Both the position numbers and the translations under genes were made by a program. The notes under the pieces were generated by a model. It had not been told where the DNA came from and made no database searches. It was given only the letters and a program-made list of their open reading frames with translations. From IMG/VR virus record IMGVR_UViG_2695420814_000008: 14,088 bases of DNA; one strand, written 5' to 3'. Position 1 is the stretch's first letter. The number at the start of each line of letters is the position of its first letter. Shown one piece after another: positions 9,499 through 14,088 of this stretch. The stretch comes from a virus (taxonomy: Duplodnaviria; Heunggongvirae; Uroviricota; Caudoviricetes).

Positions 9499-10584
9499 CT
9501 ACTGATACTGGATGCTTGAATGTTTCATCCCTGCTGCGGAAAAGGGCAATATCCAGGGCCAGATATATTCACCGTTCATATTTCTGCATTTCTGTACAAT
9601 TTCCTCAGAAAGTGTCTTGTCAATTCTTTTCCACAGGTGCTCCTGCTGTCTTAAAATACTTTCGCATATTTCGAAATCATCTTCCTGAATCAGCATTTCG
9701 GCGCATTTAATGATTTCTGATCGTTCATGCAGCACGGAGGAATGGTTATAGAGCCAGTTTACAAACAGCAATGCTTCCGGATATTGTCCCCATAATGGTG
9801 AGTATGTTGCATAGTAATCTTCTGCCGTATCCAGAGAGCCGGAGAAGTCATGCCACACAGCAAGTGGAAATGGATGCAGATTTCCGCACAGCATTTCTGC
9901 GATGTAAGTGTTTGTGGCAAAGCCATGGCGAAAAGCTGTGGCGGCCTTAACATGTTCCCCGTTCAGAAAATGCAGGAGACCGAGTTCATACCAGTAAGGT
10001 GAAAATTCATCAGCATGCTCTTTCAGTACACTGAAGGCTCGCTCATGATCGCCGGTGCGTAACAGCTCTGAACCCAACAACCAGCGAGCCCCCTGATTAT
10101 CTTCAGGATTGTATGCCAGTATTTTATCAGTGAGCATAACCGCATCCTGATGGCGCTGTAAGTGCACATTTGCGAGAATTGCTGCATAAAGCGCGCGCAG
10201 ATAAGGCCGGTTTTCGGGATGCATCCAGATTATTTCACCACAGAAACTTTCCGGGATGATACGATTACCTGCCGCCAGTCCTTTAAGAGAGGCGTTCAGT
10301 GCCTTACGCGGGGCATTCTGTTCCAGAAATGCATATGCCAGATGAGCGTGTATATCAATAAAGTCCGGCTCCCGTTGAGCAAGGCGTCGGAGTTTGTTGA
10401 TGTAACTCGTCTCGCTGATTTCATCAGCGTCGTATGCATCAAGCACTTCTTCAAACTCCCCCAGCAATGGGCCAAACCAGGTATCCGGAAATACGAAATA
10501 ACCCTTGTTATCGTGCACTTCAAAGCATAATCTATCGTTCATTTCTGAGCCTGTAAAACATGTGGTGATATAGTCTGAGAGCAT
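9499..10584 (-). CDS. Hypothetical island cargo protein, ~361 aa from first ATG (374 aa if the GTG at 10623 is used; another ATG at 10542); alpha-helical, possibly TPR-like; no catalytic motif recognised
   Basis: Long ORF in track (9499..10623); same orientation as and immediately downstream of int; flanked on both sides by AT-rich DNA. No start candidate has a good SD, so the start is uncertain. Confidence 0.6.
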   Translation of the reverse strand: MLSDYITTCFTGSEMNDRLCFEVHDNKGYFVFPDTWFGPLLGEFEEVLDAYDADEISETSYINKLRRLAQREPDFIDIHAHLAYAFLEQNAPRKALNASLKGLAAGNRIIPESFCGEIIWMHPENRPYLRALYAAILANVHLQRHQDAVMLTDKILAYNPEDNQGARWLLGSELLRTGDHERAFSVLKEHADEFSPYWYELGLLHFLNGEHVKAATAFRHGFATNTYIAEMLCGNLHPFPLAVWHDFSGSLDTAEDYYATYSPLWGQYPEALLFVNWLYNHSSVLHERSEIIKCAEMLIQEDDFEICESILRQQEHLWKRIDKTLSEEIVQKCRNMNGEYIWPWILPFSAAGMKHSSIQYQ

Positions 10585-10871
10585 AAAAGTTGAGATTCTG
10601 TGTATCAAGTCCTGTCTTGGCACCGAATGAATATTGCTTACGAAGCCCCTTCATGCTTTCCTTGAGAACAATAATTTTATCTTTATGTGAATCTCATTTT
10701 TTATAATGATGTCAGATGATTGAAATGCTAAATTATATCTGAATCAACTTTTCCTTTGCTAAAGGTATCGAAATAACTGCAAGGCTGTATTTTGTAATTG
10801 CCAATTTAAAAATGTCAATTTGTTTTTAATTATGTTTTTGTAATAAGTTTGAAGACGCAAAAAAAATAATA

Positions 10872-10908
10872 TAATAACAAAAATCCTCCAGCCTTGTAGG
10901 CCAGAGGA
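10872..10908 (-). terminator. Probable int terminator: imperfect 10-bp stem-loop followed by a U-run on the minus strand
   Basis: Plus strand TAATAACAAAAA-TCCTCCAGCC-TTGTA-GGCCAGAGGA; 8 of 10 stem pairs form; about 46 nt downstream of the int stop. Confidence 0.5.
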
Positions 10909-10953
10909 TAAAATACTTAATTGAGGAAAATATCAGGGAAAAGTATTTCTGAC

Positions 10954-12138
10954 TTAACTTTCCCGGCTGGAGAGTGAATCAATGTAATCAGCGTACCATT
11001 GCATCATTTCACGGCGGCCATCGAGATACAGGGCATGATTATAGGTACCCCTGATGGAATTTTTATCCACATGAGCTAACTGCATTTCAATCCAGGCGGA
11101 ATTAAAGCCTTGTTCATGCAGAATTGTACTCATGGTGTGTCTGAAACCGTGCCCTGTGAGTCTTCCCTTATATCCAAGTAATTCAATTACTTGGTTAATG
11201 CTTTCCTTACTAATTGGTTTGCGGGGATCATTTCTACCGATAAAGACTAGGGGATGATGTTTTGAGATTGGTTCAAGCTGCTTAAATAGCATAATGACCT
11301 GCTCAGAGAGCGGCACAATATGAGGTCGCTTCATCTTCATTACTTCTGCCGGGATCTCCCACAATTTTGTCTCAAAATCGATATCTTCCCAGCGTGCAAA
11401 ACGCAGTTCTTGTGTTCGTACGCCGGTTAACATAATGATCTGAGTAGCTGTCTTAGTGATTATACTTCCGGTATAACCCGCCAGATCGTTGAGGAAGTGG
11501 GGAAGTTCATTAGCAGTAAGAAAGGGAAAATGTACTTTTTTCGGTGTAGCTAAAGCACTGGCAAGATCGGGGGCTGGGTTATAGTCTGCCCGGCCAGTAA
11601 CAATTGCATAGCGGAACACCTCACCACAGCGCTGGCGGACCTTGCGCATTTTCTCCAGAGCTCCACGTTTTTCCATTTTACGCAGTGCTTCCAGTAACTC
11701 CATTGGTTTGATTTCGGCAATAGGGCGCTTGCCAATGTAGGGAAAAATGTCTTTTTCAAAGGTATCAATGATTTCATCACGATAGCGTAATGACCACCGA
11801 TCAGCTTTTGACTGGTGCCATTCGCGAGCAATAGCCTCGAACGTATTTTTCAGACTCATTTGCTGCGCGATTTTTTCTTCCTTTTTTGCCTCCCCTGGAT
11901 CGCCTCCAGCAGCGAGGAGTTTCCTGGCTTCACTGCGTTTCTCGCGAGCATCGGCTAGCGTTACATCGGGGTATACGCCAATAGAAAGCATCTTTTCTTT
12001 ACCAGCAAAGCGGTACTTCATGCGCCAGTATTTAGAACCATTAGTGTTAATCAGTAGATACATACCGCCGCCATCAGCAAGCTTATAGGGTTTGTCTTTG
12101 GGTTTTGCGGTTTTCACTTTGATATCGGTTAATGCCAT
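10954..12138 (-). CDS. int: P4-family tyrosine integrase (394 aa), apparently intact
   Basis: N-terminus MALTDIKVKTAKPKDKPYKL... typical of tRNA-associated P4-like integrases; catalytic-region motifs ...TGVRTQELRFARWEDID..., GHGFRHTMST (HxxR), ...RGTYNHALY (Tyr); strong SD GGAGG 5 nt upstream of ATG; sits beside the 3' end of selC. Confidence 0.9.
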   Translation of the reverse strand: MALTDIKVKTAKPKDKPYKLADGGGMYLLINTNGSKYWRMKYRFAGKEKMLSIGVYPDVTLADAREKRSEARKLLAAGGDPGEAKKEEKIAQQMSLKNTFEAIAREWHQSKADRWSLRYRDEIIDTFEKDIFPYIGKRPIAEIKPMELLEALRKMEKRGALEKMRKVRQRCGEVFRYAIVTGRADYNPAPDLASALATPKKVHFPFLTANELPHFLNDLAGYTGSIITKTATQIIMLTGVRTQELRFARWEDIDFETKLWEIPAEVMKMKRPHIVPLSEQVIMLFKQLEPISKHHPLVFIGRNDPRKPISKESINQVIELLGYKGRLTGHGFRHTMSTILHEQGFNSAWIEMQLAHVDKNSIRGTYNHALYLDGRREMMQWYADYIDSLSSRES

Positions 12139-12437
12139 GACATCCTCCGGCTTTTGATGAATTCATGTTCCTGAGGGGGATTTCTGCCAGTAACTAACCT
12201 GATACCCCCAATACACCCCTTGTATAACAAAGATATTGTTAAAAGCCGTTGTTATGTATCACATTTTTCCTATTATGGGGGTGCTTGTATTTCAATAGGA
12301 AATAACACCCCCTAAAGTACCCCCAAAAGAAACTTGATATGGGGTGAAGTAGGTTGACCTCAGGATACAAATAAATACTGATATACAAGGGATTAGAAGA
12401 GATTTATTGACATTGGGAGAGTTCAGAAGAGGTAAAC
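12139..12437. promoter_or_regulatory. int-selC spacer: attachment-site arm and int promoter region with repeated G5/C5-containing decamers in both orientations
   Basis: TATGGGGGTG-like motif at 12284-12293 and 12346-12355 (+), and as reverse complement at 12213-12220, 12222-12229, 12305-12313, 12319-12325; the pair at 12289-12313 forms GGGGTG...CACCCC around an AT-rich spacer. Confidence 0.4.
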
Positions 12438-12532
12438 TGGCGGAAGATCACAGGAGTCGAACCTGCCCGGGACCGCTGGCGGCCCCAACTGGATTTGAAG
12501 TCCAGCCGCCTCACCGGAGACGACGATCTTCC
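12438..12532 (-). tRNA. selC: tRNA-Sec (selenocysteine, anticodon UCA), 95 nt including encoded CCA
   Basis: RC reads GGAAGATCGTCGTCTCCGGTGAGGCGGCTGGACTTCAAATCCAGTTGGGGCCGCCAGCGGTCCCGGGCAGGTTCGACTCCTGTGATCTTCCGCCA, the E. coli selC sequence as remembered, with the long extra arm and 8-bp acceptor stem typical of tRNA-Sec. Confidence 0.95.
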
Positions 12533-12562
12533 GCGCCTCGATTGCTACATGGAGGCGGGGCG

Positions 12563-12568
12563 CATTAT
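12563..12568 (-). promoter_or_regulatory. Candidate -10 hexamer (TATAAT on the minus strand) for selC
   Basis: Perfect TATAAT about 30 nt upstream of the tRNA 5' end; no good -35 identified. Confidence 0.3.
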
Positions 12569-12824
12569 AGCTACTTCCTTGAGTTTCTACATCCCCCAGA
12601 TCAGTTTTTTCCGCCTAATACACGCAGCGTATTATCACGAAAGCATTATAACTCATATAAAACCCATATTTTACAATGATATATGAGCGGAATTAACGCT
12701 ACCACGATCACATAAAACAAGAATCATAAATTAATAACCAGATATCGGAATATTCGCTCTCACAGGGATGGTTTACAAAATGCGTTATCGGTCTCAGCAC
12801 CCCTATAGCATCAAGGAAAAGCAG

Positions 12825-14026
12825 ATGAAGAGTGAAGTGTTGTCCGTTAAAGAGAAAATTGGTTATGGCATGGGAGACGCCGCCAGCCACATTATTTTCG
12901 ATAACGTAATGTTATATATGATGTTCTTTTATACCGATATTTTTGGCATTCCTGCCGGATTTGTCGGAACCATGTTTTTGGTCGCTCGTGCACTGGATGC
13001 GATTTCCGATCCTTGCATGGGGTTGTTGGCCGATCGAACGCGCTCTCGCTGGGGTAAATTTCGTCCGTGGGTACTGTTTGGCGCACTGCCATTCGGGATC
13101 GTCTGTGTACTGGCCTATAGCACGCCAGATCTCAGTATGAACGGCAAAATGATCTATGCAGCAATTACTTACACCCTACTTACCTTACTTTATACCGTCG
13201 TCAATATCCCTTACTGCGCATTGGGTGGTGTAATCACCAATGACCCGACTCAGCGTATCTCGCTGCAATCCTGGCGTTTTGTGCTGGCGACCGCGGGAGG
13301 CATGCTTTCTACTGTTCTGATGATGCCACTGGTTAATTTAATTGGCGGTGATAATAAACCACTCGGTTTCCAGGGCGGTATCGCGGTCCTTTCCGTGGTG
13401 GCATTCATGATGCTGGCATTTTGTTTCTTCACCACTAAAGAACGCGTTGAAGCACCACCTACAACAACGTCTATGCGGGAAGATTTACGTGATATCTGGC
13501 AAAACGACCAGTGGCGGATTGTCGGTTTACTAACCATTTTCAATATCCTGGCGGTGTGCGTACGCGGTGGGGCGATGATGTATTACGTCACATGGATTTT
13601 GGGCACGCCGGAAGTGTTTGTCGCTTTTCTCACCACTTATTGCGTGGGTAACCTGATTGGTTCCGCACTGGCAAAACCTCTGACCGACTGGAAATGTAAA
13701 GTCACTATCTTCTGGTGGACGAACGCCCTGCTGGCAGTGATTAGCCTCGCGATGTTCTTTGTTCCCATGCAGGCCAGCATCACTATGTTTGTCTTCATCT
13801 TCGTGATTGGTGTGTTGCATCAACTGGTGACACCTATCCAGTGGGTAATGATGTCCGATACCGTCGACTACGGCGAGTGGTGCAATGGTAAACGCCTGAC
13901 CGGGATCAGTTTTGCTGGCACGCTGTTTGTGCTCAAACTGGGGTTGGCCTTCGGCGGCGCTCTTATCGGCTGGATGCTGGCTTATGGCGGATATGATGCG
14001 GCAGAAAAAGCGCAGAACAGCGCCAC
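12825..14026 (+). pseudogene. yicJ: yicJ-like GPH-family sugar:cation symporter, 3' end interrupted by IS1 (about 400 native codons, then 6 IS1-derived codons and a stop at 14046-14048)
   Basis: Start MKSEVLSVKEKIGYGMGDAASHIIFDNV... with AAGGA 8 nt upstream; multi-pass hydrophobic protein with the GPH N-terminal signature (GYGMGD...); divergent from selC as in E. coli K-12; the frame runs into the IS1 terminal repeat. Confidence 0.8.
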
Positions 14027-14088
14027 GGTGATGCTGCCAACTTACTGATTTAGTGTATGATGGTGTTTTTGAGGTGCTCCAGTGGCTT
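14027..14088 (+). mobile_element. IS1 left end (terminal inverted repeat and start of the element), continuing beyond the window
   Basis: GGTGATGCTGCCAACTTACTGATTTAGTGTATGATGGTGTTTTTGAGGTGCTCCAGTGGCTT matches the remembered IS1 IRL. Confidence 0.85.

Noticed and set aside
10162-10530. Plus-strand 122-aa ORF and minus 10296..10523
   Set aside because: Nested inside or alternative frame of the 374-aa minus-strand ORF; no independent support.
9219-12138. Known selC-island cargo such as a LEE type III secretion locus or an aerobactin operon
   Set aside because: None of the ORFs in the window resemble secretion apparatus, effectors, or siderophore synthetases from memory; such cargo, if present, would lie outside this window.
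12407-12890. ORFs 12407..12679 (+), 12495..12686 (+) and 12708..12890 (-)
   Set aside because: They overlap selC and its promoter region or the yicJ start; tRNA and intergenic sequence, not protein-coding.

Overview
This window reads as the selC (tRNA-Sec) insertion hotspot of an Escherichia/Shigella-type chromosome, viewed from the backbone into a genomic island. All calls come from reading the sequence and ORF track against remembered families; no search was run. Right to left: a yicJ-like sugar:cation symporter gene cut at its 3' end by the left end of IS1; selC on the minus strand; a repeat-rich attachment-type spacer; an intact P4-family tyrosine integrase; an AT-rich spacer; an unrecognised 374-aa helical-repeat ORF; then a scrambled cluster of insertion sequences (IS2, IS21-family istA/istB, an IS3-family IS600-like element), all fragmentary, with several pieces present twice and the two IS21 pieces inverted. 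Left of the IS cluster lies a lambdoid prophage remnant on the minus strand: a small nin-region ORF, rusA, a Q-like protein with DnaJ-type zinc-finger repeats, an intrinsic terminator, and phage tRNA-Ile(CAU) and tRNA-Arg(UCU). That layout matches the late region of Stx-converting phages, but no stx genes are present; the slot holds unrecognised ORFs and AT-rich DNA, ending at a second IS600-like right end at the window edge. No CRISPR array or recognisable toxin, defence or secretion genes were seen. The best candidates for something undescribed are the 374-aa ORF next to int and the ORFs downstream of the phage tRNAs.
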